Shown here: positions 26,737 to 36,214 of the stretch, piece after piece | Layout of the letters: each line of letters starts with the position of its first letter | Position numbering within the stretch: the first letter of the stretch is position 1 | Assembly: GCA_018303825.1 (NCBI GenBank) | Contig: JAGVXK010000007.1 | Span: forward strand, 823-64,822 | Direction: 5' to 3' | DNA from: Candidatus Pacearchaeota archaeon | GTDB lineage: Archaea > Nanobdellota > Nanobdellia > Pacearchaeales > GW2011-AR1 | Length of the DNA: 64,000 nucleotides | Program-made: the position numbers and the translations under genes | The notes under the pieces: model-generated | Told to the model about the DNA's origin: nothing | Database searches by the model: none | Seen by the model: the letters and a program-made list of their open reading frames with translations, nothing else

Positions 26737-29700
26737 TTTATAATTTATCAAATGGTAAAAATGCAAGAATTAATTATGTAAATAGATTTTTAATTATAAC
26801 GATTTTTGTGCTCTCAACTTTACTTGTTATCCAGTCATTTATGACGAGTGCTTCAACTCCCGGGAATATTGATTCATGCCAAACATTGGATACTTCAGGG
26901 GCCTATACATTAACGAGAAACATCAATTCTACCGCAACCTGTTTCAATGTTACTGCAAATAATATTGTTGTTGATTGCGGAGGTTTTAACATAACTGGAA
27001 TGAACAGTGGTTTTGCTTTTAATACATCAAATGCTACCAGACAAGCCTATACTAATTTGACTATTCAAAATTGCACGATTAGTAATTATACCACGAGCAT
27101 TTATATGGTGGGAGGTGCAGGGACTGCAACACCTGTTCGAGGAGGCAATGGGGGAAATGTCACAGTTATCAATTCAAATCTCAGCGGGAACATAGTGACT
27201 AATGGTGGAGACGTTGGAGCTTGCGCAACCATTGGCAGCTGTTCTGGTGGAAATGGCGGAAATATCACTCTTATAGGATCTAATGCAAGTATGCTGAATT
27301 CAACAGGGGGAAGTAATGCGGTTTTTGGCAATAGTAATGCTAAAGGCGGCGCAATCGCGATAACTAGTTCAAATGTTGGAGGGATATATTCTCGCGGAGG
27401 GTATGCAGTAGTTGGACCAAGCGGGAATGCAGGAAATGTGACTGCAATAAACTCTGTAATTAATGGAGATATATATGCGGATGGCGGAGCGCAGGAACAG
27501 CAGGGGATAGATCCAGGCGCAAGTGGAAATGTTAATTTAACATCATCCAGCGCTAGAGATATTGTTAATTATGGATCAAGACTACTGCTTCTAATCTCCA
27601 GCGGAGGAAGTACTACTATGGGTGGGGCAAATGTTTATCTTACTAATTCAAATGTAACTTCTATTAACAACAGTGGAACAGATGCACCTATTCTTCCCAG
27701 TAATGCGGGGACTATCGTATTAATTAATTCGAATGTAACCGAAATAACTTCAAAGGGAGGAGACAATAGCCAATCATCTTGGGGGCAATGTTTAACCGCA
27801 GGTAATGGAGGAACAATTACCTCGACAAATTCAACTGTTGCAAGAATAAATGCTCGTGGAGGAAATAAATTCGGCTGTGCTACGAATTTAGATTCTGGAG
27901 ATGCTGCTGGAACTGGAGGGAATGTTCATCTGATTAATGCTACCTTGAATATCAGTAATATGGTTTTCAATTTGGTAGGGGGCCAGGGTGGAGGTGCTTC
28001 TCCTATTAATGGAACTGCTGGATTGTTAATATTAAATTACACAAATCTTTTTGTTGATAATAATGCTAGTTATGGCACCGTTATAAAATTAAAAATAACA
28101 AATTCTAGTGCAGGAATGATTGATTGGAGCGCAAATAATTTCACATCAACCAATCTAAAAAATATCTCTCTTGACATAAGAATATCTAATAACTTTGTTT
28201 ATTTGAATTCAACAAGACAAAGTATGCTTAATATTACGGCTAATGTGAGTTTGTTCAATAGCCCCGGCGCGGGAAGACTTAATCTAAGAATAAACAGAGA
28301 TGGAATCCAATGCAATGAAACAACTGTTCCTCCTTGCTCAAATTATACACTATTAAATGCAAGCACAGTCATATTTAATGTTGCCAGCTGGACTAACTAT
28401 ACTATTGACGGAGTTAGCAGGATAATGCCTGAGTTCACCGGTTTAACTCCTGTTAATTATGCCAATCTTAGCCAGAATTGGCTGTTTGTTAACGTGACTT
28501 TATTGTATATTATAAACCAAACTAATGTAACATTCTTTTTGTATAATTCTTCCGAAGTTAATGTTACAAATTTCTCAACAATAGTTAATACTATAAATTG
28601 GACGAATCTAAAGGATGGAAATTATAGTTACAATGTCAGTATATGCGATTTTAGCGCGGGGTGCAATTCTACTGTTACAAGAGTTGTTACTTTGGATACT
28701 GCTTTGCCAAATGGAACTCTTTTAAGCCCTGTTAATGGGACTGCTTCAAATAATACTATCCAAAACTTTACTTTGAATGCAACAGATAATCTTGGAATTA
28801 AAAATGTAACTTTGAATATTGTCAACGCTTCTAATATCGCACAGATAATCAACCAAACAACAACAAATATTGTCTCCGGAACTGTTAATACTGTTGTTGG
28901 AACTGTCGTAACATTGATTGATGGAATGTATAAGTGGTTTTATGATGTATTCGATTGGGCAGGAAATAAGTTTGCTACTAATAACAGGACAATTACGATT
29001 GACAGGGTTAATACAATTGTAGTTAATGTTACTTTCTCTATTAATACAACCGACAGCATAGATCCTGATAAAAATCTTACATTTAATGTCAGTGTTGACG
29101 ACTTGCTTTCCGGCGTCAATACTGTTATTTTGCAGGTAAATAATGGGACTACTTGGACAAATTATACAATGGGATTAATTGATTCAACAAGAAAGATATA
29201 CAGTGCGAATATAACACTTGTGCATAATCAGGAAAATTATACATATAATGTTTTGGCTAATGATACTGCTGGAAATGTAAATCAAACAATAAACCAGACT
29301 CTTGAAAGTAAGTGGGATTGCACTTGGGAAGTTGCTCCATTGGGTTTGGGTTCTGTTGGAGGATTCTTTAGGGAGAAAGAACTTGGAAATATAAGTTTGA
29401 TTAATACAGGAGATGCACATTACCCTACAGATAATTGCTCAATAGTATTTGCCAGAAATTATACTGGTGGTCCCTGGCAGAAAACAACCGGTTTAAATTT
29501 AAGTGATATTTACACCAGCATTCTTGAAGAAAACTTTCCTAATAGTGTAAAAGGATTAAAGTATTATGATAACGGAACGGAAATTACTAAAATAAGAGTT
29601 AATGCCAGCGAGAATAGGACTCTTACAGTTAATGGAATGTTTCCAAGTTATACTTCTGTTCTTACAGAGCATATTTTCTTTCCAATTTACGCTTCTATTA

Positions 29701-30650
29701 ATGACAGCATAGGAAATGACCAAAATGTTACTATAACTTCTATAATGGTTGTGACCCCTGGGGCTTATCTTCAAACAGCGATAGAAGCTCCAACAAGCAA
29801 TCAGATTGTTTATCTTACTCCTGGAACCTTGAATCTAAGCGCTTATGTTAAAGACGTTGTTGCAACAGCAGATAATGTCAACAATACGGCATATAATGTT
29901 TCATTTAATTGGACATTGCCGGATGTTTTAAGGGGAAAAGTAATTTCCGGCAACCTGACTAATAATTACACTAATTTTACAGATACAACAAAGTATTACA
30001 ATAATCTTACAGTTGAATTTACTTCTGCAAATCTTGTAGATTTGACCCAGGGAGTTCTAACATTAAATGTTTATGCATATGGTTATGAGAATTCGACTCA
30101 GAGTTTGCAATTGATTTCTCATTTCAATAGCACCACAGTATTATCAGATAGTGTAAATATTTCGTTGCAATGCTATAATATCAGCGATAGTGTTGCCGTG
30201 ACAAGTTGTGGAAGTTTTGACCCTGATAATCCTGCTTCAACGACAACAGTTACAACAAGCTCTGCAAGCTCTGGTGGTGGTGGTGGCGGAGGTGCAATAG
30301 AAAGCAGGGCAGACTATACTTTTATAAGAGGAAAGACATCTGAAATAGCAATTCTATTCAAGAACAGGAATCCAAACCAGACGATGACTAATCTTAAGTT
30401 CAGCGTTAGCGGAAACATTGCAAAATACATGGAAGTTCAGCCTTCTAATCTGGCAAGTCTTGGTCCAGGACAGGAAACAGCAATAAAATTAATTGTTACA
30501 AGCCCGACTTATATTAAATTAGGAAGGCAGGAAATTATCTTGGTTATCTCCGGGCAATATCCTGGAACAGGATATAACGAAAACAAAAAGATAGTATTGC
30601 AGGTAGTTGAAATAAGCGAAGATGACGCTAATAAGCTTGTTGAGAAATAA
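26733..30650 (+). CDS. Giant secreted/surface protein, beta-helix-like, extremely rich in N-x-S/T sequons (candidate S-layer/surface glycoprotein or adhesin)
   Basis: N-terminal signal anchor RFLIITIFVLSTLLVIQSF; repetitive GGNGGN[VI]T.INSN... segments; NxS/T motif every ~10 aa across 1305 aa; poly-Gly SSGGGGGGGA linker and Ig/CARDB-like C-terminal domain. Confidence 0.7.
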   Translation: MIYNLSNGKNARINYVNRFLIITIFVLSTLLVIQSFMTSASTPGNIDSCQTLDTSGAYTLTRNINSTATCFNVTANNIVVDCGGFNITGMNSGFAFNTSNATRQAYTNLTIQNCTISNYTTSIYMVGGAGTATPVRGGNGGNVTVINSNLSGNIVTNGGDVGACATIGSCSGGNGGNITLIGSNASMLNSTGGSNAVFGNSNAKGGAIAITSSNVGGIYSRGGYAVVGPSGNAGNVTAINSVINGDIYADGGAQEQQGIDPGASGNVNLTSSSARDIVNYGSRLLLLISSGGSTTMGGANVYLTNSNVTSINNSGTDAPILPSNAGTIVLINSNVTEITSKGGDNSQSSWGQCLTAGNGGTITSTNSTVARINARGGNKFGCATNLDSGDAAGTGGNVHLINATLNISNMVFNLVGGQGGGASPINGTAGLLILNYTNLFVDNNASYGTVIKLKITNSSAGMIDWSANNFTSTNLKNISLDIRISNNFVYLNSTRQSMLNITANVSLFNSPGAGRLNLRINRDGIQCNETTVPPCSNYTLLNASTVIFNVASWTNYTIDGVSRIMPEFTGLTPVNYANLSQNWLFVNVTLLYIINQTNVTFFLYNSSEVNVTNFSTIVNTINWTNLKDGNYSYNVSICDFSAGCNSTVTRVVTLDTALPNGTLLSPVNGTASNNTIQNFTLNATDNLGIKNVTLNIVNASNIAQIINQTTTNIVSGTVNTVVGTVVTLIDGMYKWFYDVFDWAGNKFATNNRTITIDRVNTIVVNVTFSINTTDSIDPDKNLTFNVSVDDLLSGVNTVILQVNNGTTWTNYTMGLIDSTRKIYSANITLVHNQENYTYNVLANDTAGNVNQTINQTLESKWDCTWEVAPLGLGSVGGFFREKELGNISLINTGDAHYPTDNCSIVFARNYTGGPWQKTTGLNLSDIYTSILEENFPNSVKGLKYYDNGTEITKIRVNASENRTLTVNGMFPSYTSVLTEHIFFPIYASINDSIGNDQNVTITSIMVVTPGAYLQTAIEAPTSNQIVYLTPGTLNLSAYVKDVVATADNVNNTAYNVSFNWTLPDVLRGKVISGNLTNNYTNFTDTTKYYNNLTVEFTSANLVDLTQGVLTLNVYAYGYENSTQSLQLISHFNSTTVLSDSVNISLQCYNISDSVAVTSCGSFDPDNPASTTTVTTSSASSGGGGGGGAIESRADYTFIRGKTSEIAILFKNRNPNQTMTNLKFSVSGNIAKYMEVQPSNLASLGPGQETAIKLIVTSPTYIKLGRQEIILVISGQYPGTGYNENKKIVLQVVEISEDDANKLVEK

Positions 30651-30661
30651 ATGGAGTTAAT

Positions 30662-31513
30662 TTGACAAGTAGTTATCTAAATAGGTTATTGAGTGATTCA
30701 GAGAAAGCATTAGCTAATAAAAAATATGAAATAATTGTTGATAATGATAAGATAATTGAAGAACAGGTTGGAAAGGCTCTTGATGTTTATAAAGTTATAA
30801 ATGAATTGGTTGATTTATTTAAAGATGCAAATGTTAAAGGGATTAATACTGATGGCAGTAGCCGACTTGTCAAGTTGGCAGAACTAAGTTTAAGCAGAGG
30901 AGATTATCTAGAAGCATATGCGAGAGCAAAAGAAGCACAGGTTACATATGCTCTCGAGGTCAAGGGAGAAATTGGGAAATTAAGTTATTATTTTCGAAAT
31001 AATCCTAAAGAAATTTCTCTTGCAATCTTATTTTTGGCAATATTTAGTTTTGCTAGCTATAGAGTTGGAAGATTGCAGTTAATTAGGCGCAGGATAAACA
31101 TGCTTAGAGAAGAAGAGATCATAATCAATCAGCTTATAAGACTTGCTCAGGAAGAGACATTTATCAAAAAGAGGATGGACATGGAGGAGTATAACCAAAC
31201 AGTGTTGCATTATCAGGATAGGCTCGCCCAGGTTGTCGAGTTATTGATAGATTTGACTAACGAAGAGATTTATGCTTTGACTTTTGTACCAAGGAAGAGA
31301 AGGCTTATCGACGAAAGAAAGCATCTAATTGAATCGATAAAGCAATTGCAGATTGATTACCTAAAGAAAGGAATTGTCGAAACTCACGTGTTCGAATTAA
31401 AGATGAGAAGTTATGAAAAGAGAATTGGGGAAATAGATTCTCAAATAGCAGAGGAAGAGGCAAAGAAGGCCTTGAAAAATATAAGTATCTTTGATGCATT
31501 AAGAAGCAAATAA
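30662..31513 (+). CDS. Membrane-anchored coiled-coil protein
   Basis: Single central TM ISLAILFLAIFSFASY flanked by helical regions; immediately downstream of the giant surface protein. Confidence 0.45.
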   Translation: MTSSYLNRLLSDSEKALANKKYEIIVDNDKIIEEQVGKALDVYKVINELVDLFKDANVKGINTDGSSRLVKLAELSLSRGDYLEAYARAKEAQVTYALEVKGEIGKLSYYFRNNPKEISLAILFLAIFSFASYRVGRLQLIRRRINMLREEEIIINQLIRLAQEETFIKKRMDMEEYNQTVLHYQDRLAQVVELLIDLTNEEIYALTFVPRKRRLIDERKHLIESIKQLQIDYLKKGIVETHVFELKMRSYEKRIGEIDSQIAEEEAKKALKNISIFDALRSK

Positions 31514-31588
31514 AAAATGAATGGGAAGCAATTTTGGCATGTATAATAAATTAACAAGCTTTTTATAGCCTCTTCTTGTTTTTCTTTC

Positions 31589-32629
31589 ATGTTAAATGAT
31601 AGGCAAATGAGCGAAATAAAGGAACATTTGGAAAAGGCCCAGAATCCTTTATTTTATTATGATAATGATGCAGACGGGCTTTGCAGTTTCCTGCTTTTGC
31701 GAAGATTTCTTAATAGGGGAAAAGGGGTGGCAATAAGAAGTTATCCTGATTTGAATAAAGAATATGTAAGAAAGGCTCGTGAATTGAATGCTGATTATGT
31801 TTTTATTCTTGATAAGCCCGTAGTTTCAGGGGAATTTATTTCTGAGATAACTAATATGGGGATTCCAATGGTTTGGATAGATCATCATGATATGGAAAAT
31901 GGAATCAAGAGGAGGGATAATATCTATATATACAATACTGCTGAAGACAATGGTTATGAGCCTGTTAGTTACATATCCTATAAATTGACTCGGAAAAAAG
32001 AAGATTTATGGATTGCTTTAATGGGCTGCATATCAGATCATTATCTTCCTGATTTTGCTGATGATTTTGCAAAAGAATATCCCGAGCTTTGGAATAGAAA
32101 TGTAAAAAAACCTTTTGATGCTTATTTTAAAACAGAAATAGGAAAAATTGCGCTTGCACTTAATTTTGGACTGATGGATTCTACTACAAATATAGTCAAA
32201 CTGCAGAATTATTTGATAAATTGCAAGGGACCGGGAGAAGTTTTAGAAGAAAGGAGAGAAAATAAAGCATTTAGGGAAAAATGTGACGAAATAAAGAAAA
32301 AATATGACTCTTTAGTTGAAAAAGCAAAGGAAAATATTGAAAAAAGAATGATTTTCTTCGAATATGGGGGAGATTTAAGTATCAGCTCTGAAATTGCCAA
32401 TGAATTGTATTATGATTATTCTGAAAAATACATTATAGTTGCGTTTAAGAAAGGAGTTGTCTGCAATCTTTCTTTAAGAGGAAAGAATGTTAAAACTATT
32501 CTGGAGAAAGTATTAAAAAGCCTTGAAAACGCGACTGGTGGCGGGCATAGTGATGCTGTCGGCGCAAGAATAAGGCTCGCAGATTTGGGAAAATTCAAGG
32601 AATTAATTAGCGGGGAAATAGAAAAATAA
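31589..32629 (+). CDS. DHH/DHHA1 phosphoesterase (NrnA/RecJ-like)
   Basis: DADGLCS (motif I), WIDHHD (DHH), C-terminal GGGHSDAVGA (DHHA1). Confidence 0.7.
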   Translation: MLNDRQMSEIKEHLEKAQNPLFYYDNDADGLCSFLLLRRFLNRGKGVAIRSYPDLNKEYVRKARELNADYVFILDKPVVSGEFISEITNMGIPMVWIDHHDMENGIKRRDNIYIYNTAEDNGYEPVSYISYKLTRKKEDLWIALMGCISDHYLPDFADDFAKEYPELWNRNVKKPFDAYFKTEIGKIALALNFGLMDSTTNIVKLQNYLINCKGPGEVLEERRENKAFREKCDEIKKKYDSLVEKAKENIEKRMIFFEYGGDLSISSEIANELYYDYSEKYIIVAFKKGVVCNLSLRGKNVKTILEKVLKSLENATGGGHSDAVGARIRLADLGKFKELISGEIEK

Positions 32630-32639
32630 GGCTTAATAA

Positions 32640-32658
32640 TAGGCTTTAGAAAAGCCTA
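32640..32658 (+). promoter_or_regulatory. Palindrome TAGGCTTTAgaAAAGCCTA, second full copy
   Basis: Identical arms to 26496..26514 and also followed by AGGAAAGTAAGGT. Confidence 0.5.
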
Positions 32659-32697
32659 GGAAAGTAAGGTCGCTAAAGCGAAAAGAAAAAGACCTTA

Positions 32698-33792
32698 ATG
32701 AAGTTAAGGTTCACTATGGTGAAAAGAAAAATCATAGGAGGCATAGGAAATAAGATGACAAAAATAGAAGAATTAGAAGTTGAATTGAAAGGAAGAGTCC
32801 AGGGAGTGAATTTTAGATGGATGACTAAAAGATTTGCAGACAAATTAGGATTGAAAGGATATGTAATGAATAAGGAAGATGGAAGTGTTTTTTTAACAGT
32901 GCAGGGAAAGAGAGAAGATATCAATAAAATTATTTTATGGGTGCAGAAAAATCCGGGGTTTTCCAAAGTATGGGGGTTGAGCTATAATTGGAAGAAACCA
33001 ACAATAGATTATAATGAATTCACCATAGTAAAGGACAAGAGTTTTGTTGTTGATAAAGCTAAAAGTATGGTTAATCTGGGAAGATTTTTTGCTGGAAAAT
33101 ATATAGAGAAAATCCCAATTCATGTCGCAATAATTCCAGATGGGAACAGAAGATGGGCCAAGGAAAAAGGACTTTTTTCCAGTTTAGGGCATTACAAAGC
33201 AGGAAATTATGATAATTTAGAATTATTATTTAAGGAAGCAAAAGATATGGGAGTAATGTATATGTCGCTTTGGGGATTTTCAACAGAGAATTGGAAGAGG
33301 GATAAGAAAGAGATAAGTGCTATTTTCAATTTGATATTGAAGGGGGTTGATAAGTTTAGAAGAGATGGGGAGAAAAATAAGATTAGGTTTAGGCATATTG
33401 GAAGAAAAGACAGAATTCCGGAAAGGCTTAGGATTGAACTTGCCAAATTAGAGAAGGAAACTGCAAAGTATGACAAATTTAATGTACAACTGTGCTTAGA
33501 TTATGGCGGACGAGATGAGATAATTAGGGCTGTGAATAAGATGATAAGAAGCGGTGTTAAAAAAATTGACGAAAAAATTTTCGCGGATTATCTGGATACA
33601 AAAGGAATTCCAGACCCTGATTTAGTTATAAGAACCTCTAGGGAATACAGAACATCAGGATTAATGCCATACCAAGCCAGATATGCAGAGCTTTATTTTT
33701 CTAATGTTTATTTTCCTGACTTTGATGCGAAAGAGTTAAGAAAAGCAATAAATGAGTATTCCAAAAGACAGAGAAGATTTGGGGGAAGTTAA
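32698..33792 (+). CDS. uppS: Acylphosphatase domain fused to undecaprenyl/dolichyl-diphosphate synthase (cis-prenyltransferase)
   Basis: N-terminus VQGVNFRWMTKRFADKLGLKGYVMNKEDGSV (acylphosphatase); C-terminus HVAIIPDGNRRWA ... GFSTENW ... YGGRDEI (UPPS). The true start may be the internal ATGGTG at 32716. Confidence 0.7.
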   Translation: MKLRFTMVKRKIIGGIGNKMTKIEELEVELKGRVQGVNFRWMTKRFADKLGLKGYVMNKEDGSVFLTVQGKREDINKIILWVQKNPGFSKVWGLSYNWKKPTIDYNEFTIVKDKSFVVDKAKSMVNLGRFFAGKYIEKIPIHVAIIPDGNRRWAKEKGLFSSLGHYKAGNYDNLELLFKEAKDMGVMYMSLWGFSTENWKRDKKEISAIFNLILKGVDKFRRDGEKNKIRFRHIGRKDRIPERLRIELAKLEKETAKYDKFNVQLCLDYGGRDEIIRAVNKMIRSGVKKIDEKIFADYLDTKGIPDPDLVIRTSREYRTSGLMPYQARYAELYFSNVYFPDFDAKELRKAINEYSKRQRRFGGS

Positions 33793-34779
33793 ATGGAAAA
33801 AAATGAAAAAATTGCAAGAGATAATTTACTTAGAGGTTCAGAGGAAATAAAAGGAACAAAGATAAAGGGATATAATTTTGACAAGGGGGTAAACTGGGAG
33901 GAAATAGTTAAAAGTTTTAAAAATTTTGGATTCCAGGCAAGCCAATTTTCAAAGGCAATTGAAATTACTAACAAAATGATAAATGAAAAAGCATTCATTT
34001 TTCTTGGATATACTTCAAATATGGTAAGTTCGGGGAACAGAGAAATTATAAGATATCTTACTGAGAAAAAGAAAGTGAATGTTCTTGTAACGACTGCTGG
34101 GGGGGTAGAAGAAGATATCATAAAATGCCTCAGAGATTTTGTTCTCGGGGATTTCAGAGCAAATGGCAAGGAATTAAGGGAAAAAGGAATAAACAGGATA
34201 GGAAATATCTTTGTCTCTAATAATAGATATATAGAATTTGAAGAATTTACACAAAAGATTCTGGAAGAGTTTTATCAGGAGCAGAAAAAAACTGGCAAAA
34301 TCATAACATCCAGTGAATTAATCTGGAAACTCGGTGAAAAGATAAACAATAAGGAAAGCATTTATTATTGGGCTTGGAAAAACAAGATAAAGGTTTATTG
34401 TCCGGCTATACAAGACGGGGCATTAGGAGATAACATATACTTTTTCTCGTTCAAACATCCAGATTTCAAGATTGATATTGTTAAGGATGTGGTTGAATTT
34501 AATAATATCACAATTGGCTTAAAAAAGAGCGGGGTTATAATTCTTGGTTCTGGAATAGTGAAGCATTCCATTTTGAATGCGAATATGCTAAGGAATGGGA
34601 CAGATTATGCTGTTTATATTAACACTGCAGAGGAATTTGATGGTTCTGATTCAGGGGCTTTGCCTGATGAGGCTGTTTCATGGGGCAAAATAGAGAAAAA
34701 TGCGGAAAGCGTGAAAGTATTCGGGGACGCGACAATACTATTTCCTATTTTAGTTGCAGAGAGTTTTGCCGGGAACTAA
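33793..34779 (+). CDS. dys: Deoxyhypusine synthase
   Basis: GYTSNMVSSGNREIIRYL ... VTTAGGVEEDIIKC signature. Confidence 0.8.
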   Translation: MEKNEKIARDNLLRGSEEIKGTKIKGYNFDKGVNWEEIVKSFKNFGFQASQFSKAIEITNKMINEKAFIFLGYTSNMVSSGNREIIRYLTEKKKVNVLVTTAGGVEEDIIKCLRDFVLGDFRANGKELREKGINRIGNIFVSNNRYIEFEEFTQKILEEFYQEQKKTGKIITSSELIWKLGEKINNKESIYYWAWKNKIKVYCPAIQDGALGDNIYFFSFKHPDFKIDIVKDVVEFNNITIGLKKSGVIILGSGIVKHSILNANMLRNGTDYAVYINTAEEFDGSDSGALPDEAVSWGKIEKNAESVKVFGDATILFPILVAESFAGN

Positions 34780-34899
34780 TGGGAAGTTTTCACTCCCGTA
34801 GCTAATTTAAATATGTTTCTATAAAAATAGAAAGATTTATAAATAACTCCTCTCTAATACAGAAAGAGGACAGATGAGAAATTAAGAGAAATTGACAAG

Positions 34900-35493
34900 A
34901 TGAAACAAACAGAATTAGTTTACAGAGAGATATTGCATAGAGCAATTGAAAGAAAGGAATTTAGTTTGACACAATCAGAGATATCAAAGAAATTAGGCAT
35001 CTCATTAAGTATTATAAATTTGGCTGTTAAAAAATTGGAATCGATTGGAGCAATAAGAATAATGCAAAGAAGTTTTAGGATTATTGATGTAAAAAAAGCA
35101 ATATATTATTGGGCATCTGCAAGAAATTTTGAAAAAGACATTATATTTAGGGCAAGAATAGAAATTCCAGTAAGAGAGATAGAGAAAAACATGCCTAATA
35201 TCATATTTACGGGATATTCTGCATACAAGTTGTTATTTAATGATGTTCCAGCAGATTATTCAGAGATTTATGTTTATGCTGATGAGCAGGAATTGGAAGT
35301 AATCAAAAAAAGATTTAAAGAGTTTGAAGAAGAAAGCAAGAATTCTAATTTAATAGTGTTAAAAAAAGACAAGTTAATGGAAAGCTACGCTAGAATAACC
35401 ATTGCGCAGATTTTTGTTGATTTATGGAATATGAAAGAATGGTATGCTAAGGAATTTATTAATTCCTTTGAAAAAAAATTAAAATTGGTTTGA
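34900..35493 (+). CDS. wHTH-containing protein, partner of a nucleotidyltransferase-fold protein
   Basis: N-terminal HTH LTQSEISKKLGISLSIINLAVKKLESIGAI; the rest is uncharacterised. Confidence 0.45.
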   Translation: MKQTELVYREILHRAIERKEFSLTQSEISKKLGISLSIINLAVKKLESIGAIRIMQRSFRIIDVKKAIYYWASARNFEKDIIFRARIEIPVREIEKNMPNIIFTGYSAYKLLFNDVPADYSEIYVYADEQELEVIKKRFKEFEEESKNSNLIVLKKDKLMESYARITIAQIFVDLWNMKEWYAKEFINSFEKKLKLV

Positions 35494-35497
35494 TAAA

Positions 35498-36112
35498 ATG
35501 GAATACTGGAACTCAATACTTACTGAAAAAAGCTGGAATTTATTGCAGGAGATTAGGAAGAAATATAATTTTGTTTTAATAGGCGGGTGGGCAACTTATT
35601 TGTGGGTGGGGATGCAGAAATCAAAAGACATCGATATTGTTGTCGATATAAATGAACTGCAAAAATTAAAGCAGGAAAATCTTGTTAAAAATGACAATCT
35701 TAAGAAGTATGAGATAAAAAAAGAGGAAATCGATATTGATGTTTATGCTTTTCACTATTCTAAATTGACAATTCCAACAGAAGACATAAGGATTTATTCA
35801 ACGAAAATAGAAGGTTTTGATGTTGTTATCCCAGAGGTCTTGCTAATTTTAAAGCAAGGAGCCGAATTAAATAGGAGAAATTCAATAAAGGGGGAAAAAG
35901 ATAGAATAGATATTGTCTCTTTGTTATTTTTTAGCAAAATTGATTTTAATAAATATTTTTCAATATTGAAAAAATATAAACTCGAAGATTATTTGAATGA
36001 ATTGATAAAACTGCTAAAGGAGTTTAAGGATTATAACTCTTTGAATTTGAATCCAAGAGAATTTAAGTTGAAAAGGCAGGAAATTATGAATAAGTTGAAA
36101 ATAGTTAAGTAA
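35498..36112 (+). CDS. Minimal nucleotidyltransferase (MNT)-fold protein
   Basis: LIGGWATYLWVGMQKSKDIDIVVD matches hG[GS]-x(n)-DhDh NTase motif. Confidence 0.5.
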   Translation: MEYWNSILTEKSWNLLQEIRKKYNFVLIGGWATYLWVGMQKSKDIDIVVDINELQKLKQENLVKNDNLKKYEIKKEEIDIDVYAFHYSKLTIPTEDIRIYSTKIEGFDVVIPEVLLILKQGAELNRRNSIKGEKDRIDIVSLLFFSKIDFNKYFSILKKYKLEDYLNELIKLLKEFKDYNSLNLNPREFKLKRQEIMNKLKIVK

Positions 36113-36214
36113 TTTTGCTATGTTTTAATATGCAATTATTTTATTCTCTATTTTAGTTGCGGGGAGTTTACAAACAAGAATAATATTTATATACCCTTTA
36201 TTGCTAATAGGAAT

